Source: a virus
Virus record (IMG/VR): IMGVR_UViG_3300019757_000093
Coordinates: 1-64,000 of that record
Strand: one strand, 5' to 3'
DNA length: 64,000 nt
Part shown: positions 29,900 to 39,560 of the stretch, in pieces
Position numbering within the stretch: the stretch's first letter is position 1
Layout of the letters: the number at the start of each line of letters is the position of its first letter
The notes under the pieces: generated by a model
The model's database searches: none
Told to the model about the DNA's origin: nothing
Seen by the model: only the letters and a program-made list of their open reading frames with translations
Made by a program: the position numbers and the translations under genes

Positions 29900-30505
29900 A
29901 TGATAAGTTATGATACATTACCAAAAGAAATAAATGAGGCTTTTACTGAAGGACTTAGACTTAGAAAAGCTAATAAAAAGAAACCAGAAATTAAAGAAGC
30001 TTTAGACGAACTAAAGAAAATTACATCTTGGTATGATTGGGACTATACTAAAAATACAAATTTAGCTAATAAGAAAATGGTTTATATTTTTCTTAATCAA
30101 TTAACTAAAGATAATTTTAAATGCGATAATCCAAAATGTACGGAATTAACTCGGATTAATTCTGATATTACTAAAAATAGTTATTGTAGTAAAAAATGTA
30201 AAGATCAAGATTATAAAGAAATGAAAGAAGCATCTGAAAAAGTTTTTAAGAAAATTAGAGAAGCTAAAGAAAAAGAAATAGTAACTCCAGAAAAGCCAGC
30301 AGTAATTGCGGAATTGACTCAAAAACAATTAAATGTATTTAAGAGAAATTGTAAACTTAAATTTAATGCAAAATATGGTTATGCTAAAACTTATTTTAAA
30401 AGTACTCAAGATTTAGTAATTGTAAATTGTCCAGAACATGGAGATTTTGAAGTACAAGTAATGGATCATTTACGAGGAATTGGATGTCCAGAATGTTTGA
30501 ATTAA
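29900..30505 (+). CDS. zinc-binding protein with C-terminal CPEHG ribbon, no visible nuclease domain
   Basis: CDNPKC..YCSKKC and CPEHG..H..GIGCPEC. Confidence 0.6.
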   Translation: MISYDTLPKEINEAFTEGLRLRKANKKKPEIKEALDELKKITSWYDWDYTKNTNLANKKMVYIFLNQLTKDNFKCDNPKCTELTRINSDITKNSYCSKKCKDQDYKEMKEASEKVFKKIREAKEKEIVTPEKPAVIAELTQKQLNVFKRNCKLKFNAKYGYAKTYFKSTQDLVIVNCPEHGDFEVQVMDHLRGIGCPECLN

Positions 30506-30518
30506 TAAAGGGAAAAAA

Positions 30519-30947
30519 ATGAAGAGATCTATTTTAATAATAGAAAATCATTTATATCAAGCCGGGAATGGTGTTAATAATGGATTGACTCATGCCTCTC
30601 GTAAAAGTCATAATGCTTTGGTAAATCATTTACCAATAGAAAAATTAGTTGATTTAAATGATGAAAAAGAAATTATAGATGGTATGGGTGGAAAAAATAG
30701 ATACATAGCCAATACTAGCAATACTTATAAATTATTAGGCTCTGTTGGTGGTGCTAGTGCTGGGGTTAAAGCTGGTTTAGAATCTGGGGAATTATACGCT
30801 GATCCGGACGAACCTACTCTAGCCCTGGATTTAGCTGCTGGAGCTGCTGGATTCTTAGGTGGTGGTTATTTAGGTTCTAAATTTGGAAAAGATTATGGAA
30901 ACGCGTTAAGTACCAAAACATATAATACTATATATGATAAAAAATAA
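30519..30947 (+). CDS. glycine-zipper candidate internal head protein
   Basis: MKRSILIIE N-terminus; GSVGGASAGVKAG and AAGAAGFLGGGYLG. Confidence 0.55.
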   Translation: MKRSILIIENHLYQAGNGVNNGLTHASRKSHNALVNHLPIEKLVDLNDEKEIIDGMGGKNRYIANTSNTYKLLGSVGGASAGVKAGLESGELYADPDEPTLALDLAAGAAGFLGGGYLGSKFGKDYGNALSTKTYNTIYDKK

Positions 30948-30961
30948 AGGAAGGAAAATAT

Positions 30962-31618
30962 ATGCAAAATATACAAAATATAGCTAATCCAGAATTAGAT
31001 TATGGATTACATTCTAAACAACAAGCCGATGTATCTGCTAATAATAAAGATAGATTAGGTTCCGCTTTATTAGGAACTGGAATATTAGGTGGAACTGGTT
31101 ATTTAGGTTATCAGGGTTATCAACACTTCGATGTAGAAGATCCAGCAAGACTAGCTGGTAAAGGAGCAAAAGGAGTAGTTAATGGTGTAACTACTGGTAG
31201 CGAAAATTTAAAAGATACTGGAATAAAAGTCGGTAAAGGTATTTATAATGTGGGTACTGAATTAATAGATGATGCTAAAAGAGCTGCTGGTGCCGTAGTA
31301 AAAGGTTATCAAGAATCGAAAGAAATTGATTTAAAGCAAGTTCTTCTTAATGAGAATTATGTTTCTCCTGCGACTGGTAAAATTAATTTTAATAAAGTTG
31401 CTTCTGATGTAAAGAATAATGCGGGGTTGATAGCTGGAGCGGGGGTTCTTGGTTTAGGAACATTAGCTGGAATGGAAGATCAACCAGATGCAAACACAGG
31501 TGTTAAAGCTATGGGAGCTGGATTAATGGGAGCTGCTGGTGCCGGAATTGGTCATGTTATTCATTCGCAAGTTAAAAAGAATAACCAATTGCCTTCAGAA
31601 CCAAGATATTCTTATTAG
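30962..31618 (+). CDS. double glycine-zipper protein with internal targeting-like peptide
   Basis: Three Gly/Ala hydrophobic helices; internal EIDLKQVLLNE. Confidence 0.55.
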   Translation: MQNIQNIANPELDYGLHSKQQADVSANNKDRLGSALLGTGILGGTGYLGYQGYQHFDVEDPARLAGKGAKGVVNGVTTGSENLKDTGIKVGKGIYNVGTELIDDAKRAAGAVVKGYQESKEIDLKQVLLNENYVSPATGKINFNKVASDVKNNAGLIAGAGVLGLGTLAGMEDQPDANTGVKAMGAGLMGAAGAGIGHVIHSQVKKNNQLPSEPRYSY

Positions 31619-31626
31619 GTATTATT

Positions 31627-31968
31627 ATGATTTTAAATAATTCTCAATTAAGTTTTATTCAAGAAGATATGATTGCTACTAATGGTGGTGATCATAAAGG
31701 CGATAATGAGGGTATGTTAGCATCCAATGGTATGCTAACTTTAACTACTCATCAAGAGTATCTAAAAAAACATAAGTTAGATGATTCTATGGCAGAAGAT
31801 ACTTCTGAAAGCACTGATTTATCTAAAGAAGGAGAAGATCAAATTAATGGTGTTCCCGAAGATACGAAAAAGCTTAAAGAAGATGGTACTATGTTAGCAG
31901 CCGCGTTGGTACCAGCAAGTATTATTGGCTGGCAATCAGTAAAAGATAAGGTAGGATTTCATAGATAA
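31627..31968 (+). CDS. candidate internal head protein
   Basis: MILNNSQLSFIQE N-terminus, acidic centre, C-terminal hydrophobic helix. Confidence 0.5.
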   Translation: MILNNSQLSFIQEDMIATNGGDHKGDNEGMLASNGMLTLTTHQEYLKKHKLDDSMAEDTSESTDLSKEGEDQINGVPEDTKKLKEDGTMLAAALVPASIIGWQSVKDKVGFHR

Positions 31969-32024
31969 CATCTATGTTAAGCTACTATAAATATTATATA
32001 AAAACAATTAAAAGGAAAATATAA

Positions 32025-32915
32025 ATGGAATTACTCGGAAACGAATCGCGTCCAGCGTTCATGGACGCATTGGATAAAGTTTCTCAATTAGCCAAGATTA
32101 ATGCTCAGGAAACTGACTTAGTTATTCTTAGGGAAAAAGTTGAAATTACTCCATTAGCTGGAGATGAAGAGCAGGCTTTAAAAACTGGTAATATTACGCT
32201 TACTACTTTTATTAAAAACTTTAATAAATTATTATTCTCTAAATTAAATCTTTCGGAAGATTCTAAATTAAAAGATTATGAAACATTTTTAAAGAAATTA
32301 ACTCCACAAGATAAAGCATTAATTATATATGCATTCTCTTTAAGTTCATTTAATAAATTAGGAACTCTTGGTCATATTTGTGAACATTGTGATGAAGAAT
32401 ACCCAGTAGATGTTATACCAGAAGAATTATGGCATGATGATAGTGCACCAGAGCCTTGGGATAAAAAAGAAGACCCTTTTGAATATGTTGAGACTCAGCA
32501 TTTCTTAGATGGAGCTTTACAAATTGATTTTAAATTACCAACAGAGTTTGATCGAATTAAACTTATGGATATGTTAGAAAATCAAGTAAAGAATAATTTA
32601 GATAGTACTGGAAATACCTTTTCTGTATTAGATACGATAGCATTCTTTTGTGCTAGTATTAGAATTATAGATGCTGAGAATGGTAAAGTATCTCAAGAGT
32701 TAACTGATTTAACTAAAGAGATTTTTCCTTTCTTACATAATTTACCAGCGAAAGTAAAAGATGGAATTTATGAAACAGTAGATTTAGAAATATTTGATAA
32801 GTACATGCCTAAATTGTACCAAGTATCTAAATGTAATAGATGTCATAAAACAAATAATGTTAAGATAAACATTGAAACCGAATTCTTTCGAAAAAGCGTT
32901 CTTCTATTCGGATAG
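32025..32915 (+). CDS. baseplate hub/tail assembly chaperone (T4 gp26-like)
   Basis: LTPQDK..II, CEHC, FKLPT, MPKL..CNRC arrangement. Confidence 0.6.
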   Translation: MELLGNESRPAFMDALDKVSQLAKINAQETDLVILREKVEITPLAGDEEQALKTGNITLTTFIKNFNKLLFSKLNLSEDSKLKDYETFLKKLTPQDKALIIYAFSLSSFNKLGTLGHICEHCDEEYPVDVIPEELWHDDSAPEPWDKKEDPFEYVETQHFLDGALQIDFKLPTEFDRIKLMDMLENQVKNNLDSTGNTFSVLDTIAFFCASIRIIDAENGKVSQELTDLTKEIFPFLHNLPAKVKDGIYETVDLEIFDKYMPKLYQVSKCNRCHKTNNVKINIETEFFRKSVLLFG

Positions 32916-33096
32916 AGAGCAAAGAACGCAAATCTGGTCTCAATCGTTAGAAAATTATATTCTGTATAGTAGTATTACTAATATACCATTTTCCTATACA
33001 GAATTAATGGGTTTTCCAACATTTATGATTGAGAAAATATTCACTTTAATGGAGAAGGAATATGACAGAAAATCAAAGGTAGCTAAACAAGCTTAA
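32872..33096 (+). CDS. small tail-chaperone partner, possibly a frameshift extension of 32025..32915
   Basis: SYTELMGFPTFMIE resembles the short chaperone C-terminal module; only a TTG start with no clear RBS. Confidence 0.5.
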   Translation: MKPNSFEKAFFYSDREQRTQIWSQSLENYILYSSITNIPFSYTELMGFPTFMIEKIFTLMEKEYDRKSKVAKQA

Positions 33097-33113
33097 ATCC
33101 TTATCTATATTAA

Positions 33114-33139
33114 ATTCCCTTCGGGGAATATTCCTGTCG
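33114..33139 (+). terminator. hairpin + TTCCTGTC element
   Basis: ATTCCC-TTCG-GGGAAT ATTCCTGTCG. Confidence 0.75.
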
Positions 33140-33214
33140 TAGTTAAAACGACAGACGGAACAAAGATATATCAAAAATAATTAAAAACGAAGGAGCTATC
33201 ATGGCTATAAAAGA
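33131..33214 (+). repeat. duplicated leader (second copy ~43213-43295)
   Basis: TTCCTGTCGTAGTTAAAAC..AACAAAGATATATCAAAA..CGAAGGAGCTAT.ATGGCTATAAAAGA nearly identical in both. Confidence 0.9.
33159..33170 (+). promoter_or_regulatory. candidate late promoter
   Basis: AACA-AAGATA-TA. Confidence 0.65.
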
Positions 33215-34253
33215 AGTTAAAAAGGTTTTAAATATAGAGAAGGATCTTAGTAGTACGGATTTTATCTCCCAAAAAATGGGGGAAGTTACTAAAAGAATTC
33301 AAAATAAGTACTCTGATAAAATTGTAAAGGTAACCACTTTATGTGTACAGGATAAACAATTAGTTATTTCTTGTACAGAGGAAAGTAAGATATTTATGGG
33401 AGCACCAAGTATTGGATTAAACACACCTCTTGAACTATTAAGCCAACAAGCTTTAAATAGTTTATCTTTAGTAACATTAGATAATGAAATGATTAATACT
33501 TACGAATTAATATTAACATTCGATAGTACCATTCCAGATTATACCTCGGCTATTAATGCGGCCCAAGCTAAAGCAGATGAAATTTTTGAAGAGAATGATA
33601 CAAAAATTCCTTTAGTTACAGTAATTGATTATAGATGGGGTAATCCAAATAAAACTATTTCCGCTAGTATTTTTGGGGAAGAAGATCCAGAAGGAAAGGT
33701 AGTACCATATTTAAATGGAACTGCTACTATTAATATTACTGGTGGTAATATTAATGGAGATTTAGGTTTCTTTAATCCTATTAATTTTTATAAAACAGAT
33801 GCTTTAGTAGCAGATAATGGATTAGAATATAAATTATTAATGTTAGATTTTGAAACTCCGGCATATTTAAGTTATATTGAATTAGCTTATGTAGTTAAAG
33901 AATTAAATGGAAGAATCCCAAATATAGCGGAAATTAATAGTACCTCAATTAATGGTGGTCCAGCAGTTAATACTGGGATAGAAATAATTAATGCTTATAT
34001 ATGGGCAAAATATTATCCAAATCATAGTTTAAAAGTCGCTCCTACTAATAGAGATCAATATTGGACTATTCCTATCAATCCTCTAGAAACTAAAAATAGT
34101 TATATAGTATGGGGAGAAGAAACTAATCTTTCTTATATGAATACATTTGATACCGGATTAATTGATGTAATTAATGCAGCTGAATTTAAAAATAATGTAA
34201 ACAGAAATGCTTATGTTAATAAGGTAATAGAATATATGAAATCAGTAGGATAA
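33201..34253 (+). CDS. virion protein family member 1 (conserved ~185-aa N-terminus, variable C-terminus)
   Basis: N-terminus aligns with 34258 and 43282 products (VKVTTxC, LDNEM, TKIPLVTxIDYR, ITGGN). Confidence 0.75.
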   Translation: MAIKEVKKVLNIEKDLSSTDFISQKMGEVTKRIQNKYSDKIVKVTTLCVQDKQLVISCTEESKIFMGAPSIGLNTPLELLSQQALNSLSLVTLDNEMINTYELILTFDSTIPDYTSAINAAQAKADEIFEENDTKIPLVTVIDYRWGNPNKTISASIFGEEDPEGKVVPYLNGTATINITGGNINGDLGFFNPINFYKTDALVADNGLEYKLLMLDFETPAYLSYIELAYVVKELNGRIPNIAEINSTSINGGPAVNTGIEIINAYIWAKYYPNHSLKVAPTNRDQYWTIPINPLETKNSYIVWGEETNLSYMNTFDTGLIDVINAAEFKNNVNRNAYVNKVIEYMKSVG

Positions 34254-34257
34254 TCTT

Positions 34258-34894
34258 ATGTCAGTAAAAGCAATCAAAAAAATATTAAATATAGAATATG
34301 ATTTAACTTCGGATGAATTCATTGATCAAAAAATGGTTTTCATGACGGACGAAATTCAAAGAAAGTATAATGGGTCGTTAGTTAAAGTGACTACCTATTG
34401 TACTAGAGATAAAGAATTAGTTGTTTCAACAACTCCTGGTAATGCTCAATTTATTGGAGCTCCTACTCATATTCTTGAAAGAAAGCATATTTCTCAACAA
34501 GCATTAAGTAATTTAGATAATGAAATGCTTATGACTTTTGAAATTACTATTATGAATAATAGTACCATTGATAGCTACGAGTCGGCACTTAATGTGGCTC
34601 AAGCTAGTTCCAGATAGTGTAGATAAAAATGATATCTTTGGATACTCAGTATCGATTAGCGCTTCTCAGGCGATTGTTGGATCTTATGGTGATGACGATA
34701 AAGGAAGTAATTCTGGTTCAGTTTATTCATTTGATTTAAGTGGTGGTAATGCTACTAAATTAGTAGCCTTTGATGGAGCAAAAAATGACAAGTTTGGATT
34801 CAGTGTGGGCGCCAGTGGTACTAAGTTGGTTATTGGTGCTTATGGCGATGACGATAACGGAAGCAATTCGGGGTCTGCATACGTTATCGGTTAA
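34258..34894 (+). pseudogene. family member 2, broken by an apparent internal deletion; FG-GAP repeat C-terminus out of frame
   Basis: N-terminal homology stops at AQA (CAAGCTA 34600-34606), where the +1 frame reads KLVPDSVDKNDIFGYSV.. FG-GAP repeats. Confidence 0.7.
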
Positions 34895-34933
34895 GCTATA
34901 TTATTATATTAAAAAATTAAAAAATAAATAGAT

Positions 34934-34961
34934 AATCCCCCTTCGGGGGGATTTCCTGTCG
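34934..34961 (+). terminator. hairpin + TTCCTGTC element
   Basis: AATCCCCC-TTCG-GGGGGATT TCCTGTCG. Confidence 0.75.
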
Positions 34962-34981
34962 TAGTTTTACTAGATAACTCC

Positions 34982-35083
34982 TGGAAAAATAAGTAAATAG
35001 CTGGAGCACTATACTAAGCTATAGCTATCTTAAGCTAAGCTATTAGCTTACATACTATACTAAGCTATTTACTTATTTTTCCA
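34982..35083 (-). repeat. 102-bp element: inverted 48-bp AGCT repeat (34997-35044) within perfect 21-bp terminal inverted repeats
   Basis: TGGAAAAATAAGTAAATAGCT (34982-35002) and AGCTATTTACTTATTTTTCCA (35063-35083). Confidence 0.92.
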
Positions 35084-35115
35084 AACCAAAATCAGAAAAC
35101 GTGTTTTTTAAGAAG

Positions 35116-35127
35116 AACTAAAACATA
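35116..35127 (+). promoter_or_regulatory. candidate late promoter
   Basis: AACT-AAAACA-TA. Confidence 0.65.
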
Positions 35128-35149
35128 TAAATAAAAATAAAGGAAATTC

Positions 35150-36007
35150 ATGTTAGATAATTTAAGCTCAGAAGAACTAAATAATATTTATAGTTCGTTA
35201 AATCCAGAATTCTTTAGAGATTTTACACAAGGCAGATATTTAATAGTTAAAACTGATTTAATTACTATTCCAGAATTAGTCCAATATATTTCTTTAAGAG
35301 AATTTTCTGAAAATGATGAGTTCGAGTTTAGTCATTTTGATATTAGTACTAAAATTGAGGTTGGGGTATTATTTTTTAAGAGGGATCTATTCTTAGTAAA
35401 AAAAGCAGATGGGTATTATTTTAATACTAAAAAATTATTAGGTTTAAATAAATTCAATACTAAATTAATTAATACTATAAATAATATAAAGGAAATTTAT
35501 TATCTAGATAGAAATTTAGATACAGGAATGGTTAAATTAGAATACTTAGATAATAATACTAAAATTGCTTTAATAGAAGCTTATTTTTATAATAATCATA
35601 GGATATTAGATAAAGCGGAACATACAGAAGTTTACTTACAAAATTTAACTGATATAGATTTTAATAGAAATAAGTTCGTAATAAAAAAGAATATTAAATC
35701 ATTTATATTAGAAATATTTGGAAATTGGATAAGTACTAAAAAAGGAAGTATTCCATTTAATTCTGGATATTTTTGTAGTATTAAAGATGCTTTACAAGTA
35801 AAGAATGAATCTGTTCGTTTTAATTATTTAGAATCGGAAATAAAAGATTTCTTTACAGATTTACAATTGTTATACTCAGATAATCTAGAAGTAAAAGATA
35901 TTGAATTATATACGGAAGAAGGAAGAACGGGTGGAGATACATTAACCGTATCAATTATATTAGAGATATTTGGGGAAGCTGTCCAATTATTAATTAGACC
36001 GAGCTAG
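35150..36007 (+). CDS. baseplate wedge protein with C-terminal gp25-like domain
   Basis: WISTKKGSIPFNSGYFCSIKD resembles the gp25/GPW T..G..PF...FG motif. Confidence 0.6.
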   Translation: MLDNLSSEELNNIYSSLNPEFFRDFTQGRYLIVKTDLITIPELVQYISLREFSENDEFEFSHFDISTKIEVGVLFFKRDLFLVKKADGYYFNTKKLLGLNKFNTKLINTINNIKEIYYLDRNLDTGMVKLEYLDNNTKIALIEAYFYNNHRILDKAEHTEVYLQNLTDIDFNRNKFVIKKNIKSFILEIFGNWISTKKGSIPFNSGYFCSIKDALQVKNESVRFNYLESEIKDFFTDLQLLYSDNLEVKDIELYTEEGRTGGDTLTVSIILEIFGEAVQLLIRPS

Positions 36008-36017
36008 AGGAGAAATT

Positions 36018-37574
36018 ATGTTAAGTCAACTAGGCAAAGGAATATCAGATAGTCCTACTCAATTAAATACTAGTAATCCTGTAGAATATCAATATCAAGT
36101 TTACGGAGATTATCTAGGAGCGACTAAAAGAAATATTCAAAATTATAGTCAGAATCCTGAATTAAGTATTAAATATTTTAAAATAGATATACCAAAGAGT
36201 CCAAATATGGATGATACTAATTCAATTAAGGTTCCAGAATTTAATGCTTATGGAAAAGATTCCGAAGATGATAATAATCAAGAGATATTTAAAGGGACTG
36301 GAATAAATCATAGTTATAAAAATAATACTTATGATATTTATGAGTTTACTCCAGTAATAGAAATACAACCATTAACATATGAACCAGCAGGAGAGAATTG
36401 GATTGGTACTCATAGTAGTATGAGTATAATGAGTATCGAAAGACCATCAGTTGGAGACTTATTTACTTTTTATGGAGCTAAAGATGATATTACAGATGGA
36501 ACAGAAATATTTCAAATATCTGACGTAAGTTATCAAAGAACTTCTCATGGTTTATTACCATTATATACTTTACAATTCAGGAGTGCCCCACTTACTAAAC
36601 AGAGTATTAAAGAATTAAATATAAATGAAGTATTCTTTTTTAGTAATCATTTTAATAAATTTCTAAAAAGCGATTGTTGGGAGAGTAATCAATTTGCCCT
36701 AGATTTTTTTAATAAAAAATTAGCTAAAGATTTTGACGAATTATATTTAAAAGATAAAGGGAAGTACTTATTTAAATCGTGTCCAATGGACCCAAAGAAT
36801 ATTGAGAATAGAACCTTTATGATACCAATGGTATTTAATAATACTATTAAAAGATTAAGTTCTTTAATAAAAACTGGGTTTAAACCAGTACTTGATTTTA
36901 GTACCAATGTTAGTCTTAATGAATTTTTAGATGGTAAAAAAAAAGTGGGCTCGGAAAATTTATTTCAATTTTGTATTTACCAAGAACAAGATTTATATAA
37001 TATATATGCTGGCGCTGGTTATACTGATGAAGAAAATCCTGTTCAAGCCCCAGATCCAATACCAGAACATACTATAAATGAAATTAATGATTTAGGAGAA
37101 GAGTTTGTAGTTGTAGTTCCAGAAGCTCCAGGAGAATGGATACCAAAAGAAATAACAGACGAAACAATACCTATTGCTTTTATAGATAAAGATTTTATTA
37201 CTAAAGATTTTAAAATTATAGATAATCTTGGAAACGAAAGAAGAACTTATAATTATCAAAAGTATCTAAAATTATGGGAACTTACTAAAAAAATTAAAAA
37301 ATTATATTATTGTGGAATAGTTGAGGAACCAATCGAATTAACTCAATATGATGAAAAGGGAAGAATAGGTAAAACTAGATTCTTTAATTTTTGGAAATGT
37401 TCTGGGAGTACAATTGATGGGGATCCAGATATATTAGAGGCTAATTTAATTAATGTTAAAAATAGTTATAATGCTCATGGAGTAATAAATGACTTTTTGA
37501 AAAGAAGAATTATTATTGGAGATTTAGGTCTACCAAATGTTATATCGTTTCAGTACGGTGTGGCTTATTATTAA
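36018..37574 (+). CDS. virion structural protein, possibly neck (gp14-like)
   Basis: PSVGDLFTF..IFQISDV..YTL motif and position. Confidence 0.4.
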   Translation: MLSQLGKGISDSPTQLNTSNPVEYQYQVYGDYLGATKRNIQNYSQNPELSIKYFKIDIPKSPNMDDTNSIKVPEFNAYGKDSEDDNNQEIFKGTGINHSYKNNTYDIYEFTPVIEIQPLTYEPAGENWIGTHSSMSIMSIERPSVGDLFTFYGAKDDITDGTEIFQISDVSYQRTSHGLLPLYTLQFRSAPLTKQSIKELNINEVFFFSNHFNKFLKSDCWESNQFALDFFNKKLAKDFDELYLKDKGKYLFKSCPMDPKNIENRTFMIPMVFNNTIKRLSSLIKTGFKPVLDFSTNVSLNEFLDGKKKVGSENLFQFCIYQEQDLYNIYAGAGYTDEENPVQAPDPIPEHTINEINDLGEEFVVVVPEAPGEWIPKEITDETIPIAFIDKDFITKDFKIIDNLGNERRTYNYQKYLKLWELTKKIKKLYYCGIVEEPIELTQYDEKGRIGKTRFFNFWKCSGSTIDGDPDILEANLINVKNSYNAHGVINDFLKRRIIIGDLGLPNVISFQYGVAYY

Positions 37575-37586
37575 GAAAGGAAATAT

Positions 37587-39560
37587 ATGATAGATTTACA
37601 AGCTTTTGAAGTAGACGCGGCTATTGGTAACCTGTTTCAGGTACCACAGTTAGCTAAGCTAAATACAAAAGATCAATTAGAAGAAGTTACAAAAACATTC
37701 ATGAAAGATCTATACTTAGAACAACCAAGAGAAGTTCAACAATATTTTCGTTATGAATTAAATGATAGAATGGTAACAACTATATTTAGAAATTATGGTA
37801 TAGACGAGGTATTCTATAAAGATTTAAATCCATTACTAACTAGAAATTTAGTTTATTATCTAGAGTATCTTTTTCAAACTAAAGGTTCGTTAGAAACTTT
37901 TAATATATTTAATGATTTATTTAGTACCTTTTATAATAATATAGATTTTTATAATATATCAGTAACTAAGATTCCCGTTAATTCTGGGAATAATAAATTG
38001 GCCTATATGTTAAAGCCATTAAAACTTACAGATGATAAGAAACAGGATAAATTTTTTCCTAGTGCTGATATAGATCTTAGTGGGAAATATTTAATGTCTT
38101 TAAGTCAATATCAAAATTATCAATTCTTTCCAGTAGATACTAATATGATTTATATAGATTTTGCTGATAGTTATGGAACTAGTAATAACGAGGATTTCTT
38201 TATGCAAGGGATCAGAGCTTATAGTAATACTATCCAACAAGGTAAAAGATTTGAATTGATACTAGGTAAGTTAGGATCGTTTGAAAATATTTATATGACC
38301 GATATAGAATTAATTATAGAATATTTACAAATAAGTCTTATTAGATTAGGGGATGAGAGTTCTCAGAGAAATTATGATTTTAGTACTTCCTCTTTAATTT
38401 TTGGAACTACTTTAATTTTTGACGAAGGAACTGTTCCAGAATTAGAAGGAATACTTAGAGAATATAAAACCGTTAAGACTAATGATAGAAAGGCTATAAG
38501 TTCTATTAAAAGAAGATGGCAATTTTTATTAAATAGCAATAGAAGTAATAAAAAATTATATGAAAATTTTAATCAACTTGATGATTACATAAAAGAAGAA
38601 TATCCAAATATATATAAAAATATAGAATTATGTACCTCAGTAGATGATTTCATGGACTTATACATTCAATTATATGGAACTGTTTTAAATGTAATAGATA
38701 AAGACGATGAGTTTATAGCTCCTTATTATAGTGCTTTATTTCAAAATATTATCTCAGGTAATCTTTTTATTAAAAATTTCTTTCAGCCTTTATTTAAAAT
38801 ATTTGTAAAATATTTCTTTCCAGCAAGTATGGATTATACTCCAATGGTTGGACAAAAAGTAAAGATAAAAGATAAATTTAATGCTATTGCGACTGAAGAA
38901 TTACTTAGCACTGAACTATTATTAAATGAATTTAGTCCTCACTTACATTTTATATCGAATAGACAAATGAAAATATTTATAAAACCAGAGTCTATTATTA
39001 TATCAAGAATAGATGATATTAGAACTATATGTCAGAAAGAAATACTAGAAAATATAGAATTTAAAGAAATATTTAAGAATAGTATTACCTCTAGATTAAG
39101 TACTGATTATCAAATAAAGGATAGTGTTAGTACGTCTTCATTAATGAAGACTTATCTAGATATAAATACTAGAGATAGCTATCGAACTAAGCTAAGCAAT
39201 TCTACATTTACTAATTATTCTATTAGAGAAGATACAGTATTTACTACATTTTTACAGAGATTTACAGAAGATAAAAAAATAAGTTCTAGAAACAGAAGTA
39301 AACAAATGCCAGTAGATATTTTAATTAAAACATCGGACGATAATTCTTTAAATGAAAGAATAAATATTACTAGGTCAAAGGGAAGTTTCTACACTCTTGG
39401 AATGACAGTAAATGATTTTGAATATCGTCTAGCTAGAGAAACTGGAATGACCAGCGCTGGTCTTACTCCATTAGAAAATTTTGAAGTACTTAAAAAAGAT
39501 ATTTATCTCTCGAATGATGATACTGTTTTTGGTAGTACATATAAATGGTTTAACTTTTAG
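37587..39560 (+). CDS. baseplate wedge protein (gp7/gpI-like)
   Basis: YLFQTKGSLETF..LF motif and position. Confidence 0.5.
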   Translation: MIDLQAFEVDAAIGNLFQVPQLAKLNTKDQLEEVTKTFMKDLYLEQPREVQQYFRYELNDRMVTTIFRNYGIDEVFYKDLNPLLTRNLVYYLEYLFQTKGSLETFNIFNDLFSTFYNNIDFYNISVTKIPVNSGNNKLAYMLKPLKLTDDKKQDKFFPSADIDLSGKYLMSLSQYQNYQFFPVDTNMIYIDFADSYGTSNNEDFFMQGIRAYSNTIQQGKRFELILGKLGSFENIYMTDIELIIEYLQISLIRLGDESSQRNYDFSTSSLIFGTTLIFDEGTVPELEGILREYKTVKTNDRKAISSIKRRWQFLLNSNRSNKKLYENFNQLDDYIKEEYPNIYKNIELCTSVDDFMDLYIQLYGTVLNVIDKDDEFIAPYYSALFQNIISGNLFIKNFFQPLFKIFVKYFFPASMDYTPMVGQKVKIKDKFNAIATEELLSTELLLNEFSPHLHFISNRQMKIFIKPESIIISRIDDIRTICQKEILENIEFKEIFKNSITSRLSTDYQIKDSVSTSSLMKTYLDINTRDSYRTKLSNSTFTNYSIREDTVFTTFLQRFTEDKKISSRNRSKQMPVDILIKTSDDNSLNERINITRSKGSFYTLGMTVNDFEYRLARETGMTSAGLTPLENFEVLKKDIYLSNDDTVFGSTYKWFNF

